Source: Vicinamibacterales bacterium (lineage in GTDB: Bacteria; Acidobacteriota; Vicinamibacteria; Vicinamibacterales; UBA8438). Taken from it: a stretch of DNA of 64,000 nt. The stretch covers positions 202,776-266,775 of the forward strand of contig CBDANB010000005.1 in assembly GCA_965197395.1 (NCBI GenBank). The letters are read 5' to 3'. Position numbers and translations under genes: made by a program. The notes beneath the pieces were generated by a model that searched no databases, was not told the DNA's origin, and was given only the letters and a program-made list of their open reading frames with translations. Shown piece by piece: positions 27,405 to 36,663 of this stretch (position 1 is its first letter; every line of letters starts with the position of its first letter).

Positions 27405-28004
27405 CTAGCGCAGAACCCATTGCACGCCAGCGATCACGGTCGCGGCATTCAGCCCGATGTTCTCGCCCACGGTCCCGGCGTTCGAGATGTGGTGATTCCT
27501 GAGCTCGAGGATCAAGCCGGGACCTCGCGGCGGGACCACGCGCAGACCAAGCCCGTACAGCAGCTGAAAGTTGAGTGTCCGGTCTAGTTCGAGTACGTCG
27601 AGCCCGGTCCAGATCAGGCCCGCGCCCCCAACGATGTACGGCGTCCACGAGCGGTCGTTCCAGATGTGATACCTGCCGCCGAGGCCTGCCAGCCCTCCAG
27701 CGACCGCGAGGCTGGGGCGATGGTACAGAAACAGCGTGCCCTCGCCGTAGAACTCCAGATGATCTGTGACGAATCGCCCGAGTTGAGGATGGAACGCGAC
27801 GAACTGGACGCCGCTATTGGTCGTGCCGTCGCCGACCACGCCTGCGGTCCACGAGTGGCCCCATCCGCCAGCTAGCCCGCGGGTCCAATTACCCGCGGCG
27901 AGACGTGTGTCTTGGGCGGCGGCGGCGCCGGGGGCGAGTGCGATCAGGAGGATGAGTGCGGCGGCGTGCCGACACGCGTTGAGGCAGAAAGGCAGGTCCG
28001 TCAT
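27405..28004 (-). CDS. Outer-membrane acyloxyacyl hydrolase (PagL-like lipid A deacylase)
   Basis: Signal peptide, beta-barrel pattern and the HHISNAG (His/Ser) motif near the C-terminus. Confidence 0.6.
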   Translation of the reverse strand: MTDLPFCLNACRHAAALILLIALAPGAAAAQDTRLAAGNWTRGLAGGWGHSWTAGVVGDGTTNSGVQFVAFHPQLGRFVTDHLEFYGEGTLFLYHRPSLAVAGGLAGLGGRYHIWNDRSWTPYIVGGAGLIWTGLDVLELDRTLNFQLLYGLGLRVVPPRGPGLILELRNHHISNAGTVGENIGLNAATVIAGVQWVLR

Positions 28005-28058
28005 CCTACTGCGCGGACCGATCAACGCGCACCGGACGCGATCGGCGCTGGGCGATCC

Positions 28059-28610
28059 TCACGATTCGCTCGCTCCTGCTTTCAATGCCGTGCGAACGTC
28101 GTCGACCACGAGCTGCACCATCTCGATCACCATGAGACCGAACGAGAGCGGCACCATGGCGAGCACGGGGTAGAGCGGCCAGAAGGTCGTCCCGATCTGC
28201 ATCTGTCTGCCGCTTGTGTACCCCTGCCACGCGAACGCGGCGACGTGCCACAGCAGGAGACCGAAGACGAGGGCTTCCACCGCGACGACCAGCGCCGCGA
28301 CCGCGGCGTGCGCCCGCGGTGGCAGCGCGTCCTGTGCCATACCGAACCGGGGAAACGTGCCTTCGCGATGCGCAAGCGGCAGCCCCCAGAAGACGAGCAG
28401 CGGAAAGAGCAGGCGCTCGATGATGTTGTAGCCGCCCGGGACGAGGTCCGCTCCGAGCACGTAGCGACCGAACACGCTGATCACCGTCATGAACAGCATC
28501 GCCAGCAAGCAGAGTCCGCCGCCGACCGACGCCAGCCCGCCTTCCAGACGTCCCAGCCACGTCCAGGCTCGCGTCCAGCCCCCGGTCATCGGACGGTGCT
28601 CGGTAGCCAT
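28059..28610 (-). CDS. TRAP transporter small permease (DctQ-like)
   Basis: Four TM helices. An alternative ATG at 28589 forms an ATGA overlap with the dctM stop. Confidence 0.7.
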   Translation of the reverse strand: MATEHRPMTGGWTRAWTWLGRLEGGLASVGGGLCLLAMLFMTVISVFGRYVLGADLVPGGYNIIERLLFPLLVFWGLPLAHREGTFPRFGMAQDALPPRAHAAVAALVVAVEALVFGLLLWHVAAFAWQGYTSGRQMQIGTTFWPLYPVLAMVPLSFGLMVIEMVQLVVDDVRTALKAGASES

Positions 28611-29899
28611 GTCACCACCGCGGGAAACCAGAGCATCGCCGCGGAGACCAGGACCGCGGCGAAGAGGGCGAACACGGATGTCTTGCGAAACACGGGGCCG
28701 ACCGGATAGCCGGACGCGGTCGAGGCGGCGTACGCGGCCAGGCCAACCGGCGGCGTGAGCAGCCCCAGCGAGATCATGAACGAGGCCATGACGCCGAACC
28801 ACAGCAGGTCGACCTCGGTCGCCTCGAGGATCGGCATCAACACGGGGACCAGCAGCACCATGACGGCGGCCGATTCCAGGAAGAGCCCGAAAACGAAAAA
28901 CGCACCGAGCAGGAGCGCGACGACGAGTGTCGGGATGCTCAGCAGCGGCTCGATCAGTGCGAGCAGCTCATGCGGCAGTCGCGACAACGACAGGAACCGA
29001 CCAAAGATCTGCGACCCGATCACGATCAACATGAGCATCGCCGTTACCCGGACGGAGTCGGCGAGCGCCGTCGCGATGCCGCGGGTATCGATACGCCGCA
29101 AGGCGACCATGCCGACGAGCGCGGTAAACGCACCCAACGCGCCGGCCTCGCCGGCGGTGACCACCCCACCGTAGATGCCCCCGAAGACCACGGCCATCAA
29201 CACGACGACGAAGGCGAAGGCCGACACGCTGCGGCTCGTGACGGCGCTGTCTTCCGGGTCCGCATCGGCGGCCTGTCCATCCGTTGCGCCCGGCTCCACC
29301 TCCCCGTACAGCCACAGACAGACGACATAGACCGCGATACACAGGAGCGCCGGCATCAGCGCACCGATGAAGAGATGACCGATCGAGACCGACGTCAGCG
29401 AGCCGTAGATGATCATGATCAAGCTCGGCGGGATGATGGCCGACAAGGACCCGGCCACCGCCGCGATCGCGACCGACATTCGTTGCGTGTATCCGAATCG
29501 CTGGAGCTGCGGCGCCGCGAGCGTCGCGAGGGCCGCCGACGTCGCGGCCCCGGACCCCGAGACCGCGCCGAGCAGACCGCCGGACACCACGGTGGCCAGG
29601 CCCAGCGGGAATCGTCGGTGCCCCGCGAGTCGGTAGCCGACACGAAACAGGTCGACGACGACGCCGCCCCGGAGCAGCAGCTGCGCCATCAGGAGGTAGA
29701 GGGGGATGATCGATAGCGAATAGGTCGAGGCCGTGAAGAAGACGTTGGTGCCGATGATGCCTGAGAAGACCTGCGGGCCGGCCCAGAGCGCGATACCGAG
29801 GAGCCCGGAGGCGAAGAGCACCGTCGCGACGTGCTGGCCGAGCCCAAGAAAGAGGACGAACCAGAGGAAGACGATCCAGATGATGAGCGCCTGTGGCAT
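28586..29899 (-). CDS. TRAP transporter large permease (DctM-like)
   Basis: 437-aa polytopic membrane ORF with a typical DctM N-terminus and length. Confidence 0.85.
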   Translation of the reverse strand: MPQALIIWIVFLWFVLFLGLGQHVATVLFASGLLGIALWAGPQVFSGIIGTNVFFTASTYSLSIIPLYLLMAQLLLRGGVVVDLFRVGYRLAGHRRFPLGLATVVSGGLLGAVSGSGAATSAALATLAAPQLQRFGYTQRMSVAIAAVAGSLSAIIPPSLIMIIYGSLTSVSIGHLFIGALMPALLCIAVYVVCLWLYGEVEPGATDGQAADADPEDSAVTSRSVSAFAFVVVLMAVVFGGIYGGVVTAGEAGALGAFTALVGMVALRRIDTRGIATALADSVRVTAMLMLIVIGSQIFGRFLSLSRLPHELLALIEPLLSIPTLVVALLLGAFFVFGLFLESAAVMVLLVPVLMPILEATEVDLLWFGVMASFMISLGLLTPPVGLAAYAASTASGYPVGPVFRKTSVFALFAAVLVSAAMLWFPAVVTWLPSTVR

Positions 29900-29928
29900 G
29901 GCTCATCAGGTGCGCAGCGGGTCGCGGG

Positions 29929-31068
29929 TCACTCGAGGGAGTCGCTGACGCCGTCAGGCAAGGCGCCGCCTTCGGCCACGACGAGCTCGGCCCACAACCG
30001 AGCGGTGGCCCTGGCCGGGTGGCCGGCCGCTTCGGTTTGCTCGATCCACTGGGTCCAGGTGTCCGCCGCGGCGCGCGCGATGTGATCCCGCATGATCGCG
30101 GGGAGCTCCTGGACCGGGACAAAGGTCGCGCCCTCGGCTTGGGCCTGGACGCGGACGGCCCGGTCCTGCTCGTCGATGGCCGCGGCGTTACCGGTCGTGA
30201 TTGCGCCGGCCACGCGCTCCCAGATGTCACGTTGATCAGCCGTCAGGCCGTTCCAGGTCTCCTCGGTCACTGCAAGGTAACTCTGCCAGTGACCGATCGC
30301 GACGTCGGTGACGGTGTACGTCAGCAGTTCTTCCAGCGAGTACGACACCCAGTCGCCGATCGACAGGATGATGCCGTCGATGGTGCCGCGGGACAACGCC
30401 TCGTATGCCGATGCCGCCGGCATCGTCACCGGCGTGACGCCTAGGCGTTCGAGGACGATCGTGTGCAATGCCGACCCGGCGCGCACCGGGAGGCCGCGAA
30501 AATCGTCGGGGCTGCGCAGATCGTCGCCCGTGGTGGAGATGGCATAGGCGCCCGTCGCGCCGAGGCCCCACGCAACGAGACCCTTGCGTGCGATCTCGTA
30601 CTCGTAGAACGTGGCGTCCTCGGTCACCTCTCTCTCGGATGCGAGCAGTCGCTGAAACGCGCGGGTGATCAACTTCGAATCGGTCCCATACGTTGGCAGC
30701 TGGGTGACATCTGACAACGGAAAACGCCCCTCGTGGTACGGAGCCAGCATCGGCGCGGCGACGCTGATCACGCCGCTCTCCAGGGCGTCGAGCTCTCCGC
30801 CCACCGCCACCAGCTCTCCGGCGTAGAAGCGGGTGAACGAGAGGTCGGACTCCGCCTCGATTGCATCGGCGAAGGGGTCCATGTAGCCGCCGACCCAGAA
30901 GTGCGTCCGGGACAGACCGGCGGAGATGGTGAGCGCGGTCGACGTCGCCGGGCCCGCGCCGCCCGCGCAGCCCGCGACAATCGTCGCGCACGCGCCCACA
31001 GCGACGGCGAGGGCCAGACCAGCGGATATGCGCGGGCGGCGACGACCGCGCAGGAGTTCTCGTCTCAT
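29929..31068 (-). CDS. TRAP transporter substrate-binding lipoprotein (DctP-like, divergent)
   Basis: Lipobox IVAGC. About 340-aa periplasmic-binding-protein-like sequence directly upstream of dctM. Confidence 0.65.
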   Translation of the reverse strand: MRRELLRGRRRPRISAGLALAVAVGACATIVAGCAGGAGPATSTALTISAGLSRTHFWVGGYMDPFADAIEAESDLSFTRFYAGELVAVGGELDALESGVISVAAPMLAPYHEGRFPLSDVTQLPTYGTDSKLITRAFQRLLASEREVTEDATFYEYEIARKGLVAWGLGATGAYAISTTGDDLRSPDDFRGLPVRAGSALHTIVLERLGVTPVTMPAASAYEALSRGTIDGIILSIGDWVSYSLEELLTYTVTDVAIGHWQSYLAVTEETWNGLTADQRDIWERVAGAITTGNAAAIDEQDRAVRVQAQAEGATFVPVQELPAIMRDHIARAAADTWTQWIEQTEAAGHPARATARLWAELVVAEGGALPDGVSDSLE

Positions 31069-31131
31069 CGGTGCGATTCTACGCGAGCAACGGTGAGCAG
31101 GGGCCGCGGCCGATACAATGCCGCGAAGGCA

Positions 31132-31776
31132 ATGCTGGTGATCGTCACCCGGACCGCCTCGATCGTGTGCCTGTTGTCGATGGCACCAGCGGTCTCCGCC
31201 ATCGCCTCGGAACGGTCGATTCTGATACTCGCGCCGGCGGCCACTGACGACCGGCTGGAGCCCGCCGACGCGGCGCTCCGATTCTGGAACGAGACCCTGT
31301 CGGATCTCGATGTCGATATGCGACTGGCCAGTCCGCGGGTCGTTGTGGCATCACCGGCCGCTCGGGCGCTCGAAAACTACGCGCGACAGGTCGTGACCCG
31401 TGCCGTCGGGCTGCCCGCCGGAGACGCGGAGCCGGATGCGCCGTCTGCGCTGACACGGCTCGATGCCGACATCGTCGTGCTCCTGTCCCGACAGGACATC
31501 ACGTCGTTCACTTGGCCGATGCCGAGGATCGATCCGCCTCGTTACTTCGTGATCGTCCGATTCGTGCGCGGCCCCGACCGAAACGACCCGATGGTCACCC
31601 GCCACGTCGTCGCCCATGAGTTGGGGCACACGCTCGGGTTGCTTCACAACGACGACCCGCAAGCGCTCATGTGCGGGCCCTGCCAACCACTGACCGCCGA
31701 ATCCGATGACAGCGGCTTCCTGCCGCTCACGGCTGTCGAACGCGCCCGACTCGTCGACCTCTACGGGACGCGCTAG
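31132..31776 (+). CDS. Small secreted metzincin-like zinc metalloprotease
   Basis: Signal peptide. HELGHTLGLLHN matches the extended HExxHxxGxxH motif. Confidence 0.6.
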   Translation: MLVIVTRTASIVCLLSMAPAVSAIASERSILILAPAATDDRLEPADAALRFWNETLSDLDVDMRLASPRVVVASPAARALENYARQVVTRAVGLPAGDAEPDAPSALTRLDADIVVLLSRQDITSFTWPMPRIDPPRYFVIVRFVRGPDRNDPMVTRHVVAHELGHTLGLLHNDDPQALMCGPCQPLTAESDDSGFLPLTAVERARLVDLYGTR

Positions 31777-31788
31777 TGGATTCGAGAA

Positions 31789-31885
31789 GCCAAGGCGCGC
31801 ACCGCGCGCCTCGCGGGCGCGGCGCGGGGCTCTCGGGGTCCCCGCGTAGCGTCCGCGGCGGGGTTCGGGGGCGCAGCCCCCGTCT
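31789..31885. repeat. REP-B element (~97 nt, multi-hairpin)
   Basis: Near-identical to the reverse complement of 54667..54762. Contains GGCGCGCAC.GCGCGCC and GGGGTTCGGGG...CCCC hairpins. Confidence 0.7.
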
Positions 31886-32133
31886 ACACAATGACCTGAT
31901 ATAGTCCGCATGCGTCGACGTTCTGGGGTTTGGTCTGCGTCTCCGACGCGGGCCGTCAAGAAGCCGTGGTTCCCCGCCTTCGTCGCGCTTCGGCCCTTCC
32001 GCTCGTCGTCTGTCCGGGGCCCACGTCGGGCCCCTCGCGCCACGATCCCACGTCCGGCCGCAGTTCACCACATTGCCAACGTCCACGCGGCGGACCGCCT
32101 TGCGCGTTGGTCCGTCCAAGAAGGAGCTCCCTC

Positions 32134-33603
32134 ATGGCAAAGCAATGGTCGTGCTGGCTGTTCGTCGTCGTCGCCGGGTTGTGCGGGTGCGGGCCTGCCA
32201 CGCCGGAGCTTCAGCTTATTCATGACGCGGCGGACGCCATAGGCGGTGTGGAGGCTGTTCGCGGGGCGGCCAACGTCACGATGGAAGGGAGCGGAACGAC
32301 GTACCAGCTGGGGCAGAACAACCGCCCGGACTCTGAGCCGCCGTCCGCGAAGGCCCAGTCGTATCGGCTCGCGATCGACCTCGAGAACCATCGGTCGCGG
32401 CTGGGGATTGCCAGTCCGAACTTCGCGGGGGACATGGTCACCGCCGTGACCTCGACGGACGGGGATGTCGTGTACACCGTTGGACCCGACGGCCCGCGTC
32501 GCACAGGCGGCGAGGCCGCTGGCGCGCGCCAGGCGCTCTACTACCATCATCCGATCGCGTTGCTCCGGGCGGCGCTCGCCGAGGACGCGAGCATGGCGGC
32601 GACCGTCACCGACCTGCGTCAGGAGATGGGGCACGATGTCGTCGACATCACCACCGTCGACGGTATCCGGCTCACGCTGCACGTCGATCTGGAGAACCGC
32701 CTTCCGCAATCGATCAGCTCGACGGGCTACAACTCCACCCTCGGGGACATCGTCACCACGACGACGTTCAGCGTCTATCAGGGCGGAGGCGGGTTTCGGC
32801 TGCCGCAGGGCATCGCCCGGACCGTAGACGGCGTCCCAAATCTCGACCTGCGTGTGACCCAGACCGTCAACGGGGAGATCCGCGACCTGGCCGCGCCGGG
32901 GAGCGTCGCGTCGGCCAGCGAGCCGGAGCCACCGCCGGCGAACGTGGCGGTGGAGGAGCTGGCTGACGGCGTCTGGCTGCTGGGAGGCCAGTCCCACCAC
33001 AGCGTGCTCGTGGAATTCGACGAGTACACGACGCTGGTCGAGGCACCGCAGCACGACCGGCGAACAATTGCGGTCATCGCGCAGGCACGAGAGCTGGTGC
33101 CGGACAAGCCGGTCCGCTACGCCGTGAACACGCATCACCACTTCGATCACTCGGGGGGCGTGCGCGCCGCCATCGCCGAAGGCCTGACGGTGATCACCCA
33201 TGCGACGAACCGGTCGATGTTCGAGGATCTGGCAGGCCGGGCGCACACCATCGTGGCGGACCACCTCGCCCAGAATCCGGCGACGCTGATGCTCGAAACC
33301 GTCGAGGGCGACGAGGTGTACGAGCTGAGCGACGGCGACCGGACGCTGCAGCTCTACCGTGTCGGCGACAACCCGCATTGCGACGCGATGCTGGTCGCGT
33401 ATTTGCCGAGGGAGCGAATCCTGGTCCAGGCCGACATGTACATCCCCGGGATCGGCGGTCCCTTCGCGGCGACGGCGGCCGCCTTGCTCCAGAGCGTCCG
33501 CGAACGCGAGCTGAACGTGCGGAGCATCGTGCCGATCCACGGGGCGGTCGCGCCCCTCAGCGAGTTGGAGGAGGCCGTCGAGGCTCAGGCTGCCGCGAAT
33601 TGA
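32134..33603 (+). CDS. MBL-fold metallo-hydrolase lipoprotein
   Basis: AAGGAG Shine-Dalgarno, lipobox VAGLCGC, and the HHHFDHSGG metallo-beta-lactamase motif. Confidence 0.75.
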   Translation: MAKQWSCWLFVVVAGLCGCGPATPELQLIHDAADAIGGVEAVRGAANVTMEGSGTTYQLGQNNRPDSEPPSAKAQSYRLAIDLENHRSRLGIASPNFAGDMVTAVTSTDGDVVYTVGPDGPRRTGGEAAGARQALYYHHPIALLRAALAEDASMAATVTDLRQEMGHDVVDITTVDGIRLTLHVDLENRLPQSISSTGYNSTLGDIVTTTTFSVYQGGGGFRLPQGIARTVDGVPNLDLRVTQTVNGEIRDLAAPGSVASASEPEPPPANVAVEELADGVWLLGGQSHHSVLVEFDEYTTLVEAPQHDRRTIAVIAQARELVPDKPVRYAVNTHHHFDHSGGVRAAIAEGLTVITHATNRSMFEDLAGRAHTIVADHLAQNPATLMLETVEGDEVYELSDGDRTLQLYRVGDNPHCDAMLVAYLPRERILVQADMYIPGIGGPFAATAAALLQSVRERELNVRSIVPIHGAVAPLSELEEAVEAQAAAN

Positions 33604-33608
33604 GACGG

Positions 33609-34034
33609 ACTGGTTTACCGCTTGTTCGTCGTCCTCGTAGGACCGGCCCTCCCTGACCCGGGGTCGCTGGTGACGGTTGATGTCGCCCCAGGCCGTCTGC
33701 CACGTCCCGTGACGTGCGACGAGGTCGTTCACCGCCGCCTCCAGGACGGAGGTCCGGCCAGCCAGCCGCTGGTGGGGTTCAGCCCCTGGGGGATCTCGGA
33801 CTGGGCGAGCACGCCGCGCCACGCCGTTGCCGGATCCGAGCCGTCAACCGGGCGTTCCCAGTCGAAGCCCGGGTCCTTCCGCGGGTGCGCGCCGCCATAG
33901 AGATAGAAGATGTTGCCGTCGACGTCCCCGTACACGAAGTTTTGATAGACGAGGCGTTGCATGTCGAACGCCGCTTTGAATTCGTCGACGGGCGGGCCGT
34001 GATCCCGGAACTGTGCTACCCTAGAGACCGACAA
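33609..34034 (-). pseudogene. Penicillin-acylase-family (Ntn hydrolase) remnant with a large internal deletion
   Basis: FVYGDVDGNIFYLYGG...DWERPVDGSDPATAWRGV...LNPTSGWLA lies in one frame and ..LVARHGTWQTAWGDINRHQRP in another. Several hundred residues are missing. Confidence 0.5.
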
Positions 34035-34089
34035 TCGACCTGGAGACGTGTGTCTGCCGCCGGGGTCGACCGGCGCAAGGAGACCAGGA

Positions 34090-35376
34090 ATGAGTACTGT
34101 TTCACGTGTGATGTTGGTATTCGTCGCGATCGCTGTTGTCGCCGGGATGGCACCAGCGTCCGCCGGAGCCGAAGAGGCGCTGACGTACTACAAGGATGTC
34201 GCGCCCATCATCCAGAACAACTGCCAGACCTGTCACAGGCCGGCTGGGTTCAACCTCAGTGGTCTGCTGGCGCCGATGTCGTTGATGTCATACGAGGACA
34301 CGCGGCCGTGGGCGCGCGCTATCGCGTCGAAGGTGCAGTCGCGGGAGATGCCCCCGTGGTTCGCGGATGAGCCAAAGGGCGTCTTCGAGAACGAGCGCGG
34401 CCTGACCGACACCGAGATCTCGACCATCGTGGATTGGGTCGAGGCCGGGGCGCCTGCCGGTGACAGCGCCGATGCGCCACCCGCTGTTGTCTTCGCGGAA
34501 ACGACGAACGACGGCTGGTCGCACGGCAAGCCGGACTTCGTGGTCAAGATGACCGAGCCGTTCACGATCGAGGATGACGCGTACGATATCAACGCCTCGT
34601 TCGATGTTCGCATCCCCGAAGAGCTGGTCGCTGAGGACACGTGGATCCGCGGCTGGGAGCTTCGCACGGGCGCCGAGGGCTCTGGCGTGCATCACATGTG
34701 CGCGTTTGTTCGGCCCGAGGACGGCGAGGATCTCACTGGGGAGGACGAGTCCGCAATCGGGCTGGGTGGTCTGCTGAGCTGCGTCGCCGAGGGCGGCGAG
34801 TCGGGGATGCTGCCAGAGGGCTACGGTCGGCTCCTGGAGACGAACTCGGTCCTCAACTTCAACATGCACTTCAACAAGGAGCCAGGCCCTGGCACGGCGT
34901 TCACGAGCCAGGCCGAGGTCGGCTTCTTCGTCGAGAAGCGCCCGGTGACGCACAAGGTCATCACCGATACGCTGGGCAACAACGGGTTTGAGATTCCGCC
35001 GAACACGAAGGACTACCGCATCGGTATGGCCCGAACCCTCAAGAACGACATCCTGGTGCTGAACTACTGGCCGCACGCGCATTTGCGTGCCTCGGCAGCC
35101 AAGTATGTCGCCTTCTATCCGGACGGGACCGAAGAGCTCCTGCTCGACGTGCCGCGCTACGATCAGAGTTGGCAGGTGACGTACAAGTACACGGAGCCGA
35201 AGCTCCTGCCGAAGGGGACCCGCATCGAGGCCGAGTTCTGGTACGACAACACCGAGGAGCGTGGCGTTCGCCGCGGCTTCAACGCGGACCTCGCGACCGG
35301 GTTCGGTGCGCGGACGAACGACGAGATGTCGCTCGGGTTCATCAGTTACGCGGAAGTCAAGAGCGACTCGAACTAG
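34090..35376 (+). CDS. Exported haem-c domain fused to a PHM/DBH-like (copper type II ascorbate-dependent monooxygenase fold) domain
   Basis: Signal peptide and CQTCH haem-c motif. His/Met ligand pattern HH(M)...H...H.H...M (GVHHM, NMHFN, PHAHL, NDEMS) with PHM-like spacing. Start taken from the ORF track frame. Confidence 0.6.
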   Translation: MSTVSRVMLVFVAIAVVAGMAPASAGAEEALTYYKDVAPIIQNNCQTCHRPAGFNLSGLLAPMSLMSYEDTRPWARAIASKVQSREMPPWFADEPKGVFENERGLTDTEISTIVDWVEAGAPAGDSADAPPAVVFAETTNDGWSHGKPDFVVKMTEPFTIEDDAYDINASFDVRIPEELVAEDTWIRGWELRTGAEGSGVHHMCAFVRPEDGEDLTGEDESAIGLGGLLSCVAEGGESGMLPEGYGRLLETNSVLNFNMHFNKEPGPGTAFTSQAEVGFFVEKRPVTHKVITDTLGNNGFEIPPNTKDYRIGMARTLKNDILVLNYWPHAHLRASAAKYVAFYPDGTEELLLDVPRYDQSWQVTYKYTEPKLLPKGTRIEAEFWYDNTEERGVRRGFNADLATGFGARTNDEMSLGFISYAEVKSDSN

Positions 35377-35464
35377 ACGGGCTCCTTGCCTACCGCATCG
35401 GAAACAGGAGAAGCGCGTCCGCGTGAGCGGGCGCGCTTCTTTGCTTTGATGACCAAGGGGTTTT

Positions 35465-36601
35465 ATGCGCGCGTTCAGGTGTAGTGCTCTTGCGTTTGTG
35501 TGCGGTGTCGGGCTGGCGATCCCGGTGGCGGCTCAGGAAACCGCTCAGGAAACCGCTGGTGATGACTTGGTGCGCTCGGCGTTCTCCATGGCCGTCACGC
35601 AGAGTGTGACGGTCGGGTTCTCGCCGGCCCTTGGCACGGGCGAGGCCGCCCATCGGGACCTGCTGATGGGCAGTGGATCCGAGGCGCGTGTGCGCGTCGG
35701 CGAGCTGCAGGCTTCACCGCTGTTCCGCAGCGGCGGGCTCGCCGTTGAACTGCCAAGTCCACCGGATCCGCGGCCACAGACCTTCGAGCTCTGGCTTGCG
35801 CGGTTCGGTGCCAGCTGGGCGCTCGAAGCGCGCAAGGCGTCGGACGACGAGACGCCGTCGAACGTCGTGTGGGGGATTCCGTTGACCAGGACGGACGCGG
35901 CCATGACGTCGACGACGCTTTCGGCCGCGGTTCTGCCCACGGCTGATACGGCGGGCGAGCTGACGCTCTGGTGGGGCGACCACCGATTGACAGGGGCGTT
36001 CGACTTTCCGGAGGGTGGCGGCCCGGCGATCCCGTCGGCGGGCGACGGTGGCAACACCGTAAACCAGCAGGAGTTCGATGCCGATACGAGCATCGCTTCC
36101 CGGGCGATCACGCTCGCTGAGCGGAACGAGGCCGCGATCGTGCTGCCCGACGCCGTCTCCTCGCGCGTCGCCGTGCTCTACTGGAAGGACCAGAGTGTCG
36201 AGCACCCCGATTTCGCAGCGATCGAATCAGTCGCCGACGGCGCGGTCGTCAGGCTGACCGAGGCTGCGGTGCTGCGCCTCCGCACCATGCTACCGTTGCA
36301 GTTTGGCGACGTGGCTGTCGACACCCAGAACCTGGCGCCGGGATTTCCGGGCTCATACGGACTGTGGTTGAAGCGCGCGGGCGCCGGCTGGCGGCTCGTC
36401 TTCAACAACGAACCCGACTCGTGGGGCACGCAGCACGACCCGGATTTCGACGCCGCCGAGATCGACGTGGCGTATTCGCGAGACGAGGGGTCCATGCGAC
36501 CGCTCGGCGTCGCGCTCGTGCCCACGGGCGCGCGGAGCGGGCGACTGGTCATCCACTGGGGCGCACACGAGTGGAGTACCGACTTCACGATTTCCGGTTG
36601 A
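35465..36601 (+). CDS. Secreted protein with two DUF2911-like repeats
   Basis: Signal peptide. Two internally similar halves (FELWLARFGASWALE / YGLWLKRAGAGWRLVFNNEPDSWG). Confidence 0.4.
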   Translation: MRAFRCSALAFVCGVGLAIPVAAQETAQETAGDDLVRSAFSMAVTQSVTVGFSPALGTGEAAHRDLLMGSGSEARVRVGELQASPLFRSGGLAVELPSPPDPRPQTFELWLARFGASWALEARKASDDETPSNVVWGIPLTRTDAAMTSTTLSAAVLPTADTAGELTLWWGDHRLTGAFDFPEGGGPAIPSAGDGGNTVNQQEFDADTSIASRAITLAERNEAAIVLPDAVSSRVAVLYWKDQSVEHPDFAAIESVADGAVVRLTEAAVLRLRTMLPLQFGDVAVDTQNLAPGFPGSYGLWLKRAGAGWRLVFNNEPDSWGTQHDPDFDAAEIDVAYSRDEGSMRPLGVALVPTGARSGRLVIHWGAHEWSTDFTISG

Positions 36602-36663
36602 TCGCGCCCTACTCGGTCGATCCGCGGCGGTAAGCACCTTCCCGACACCCACAGGCAGACGGC

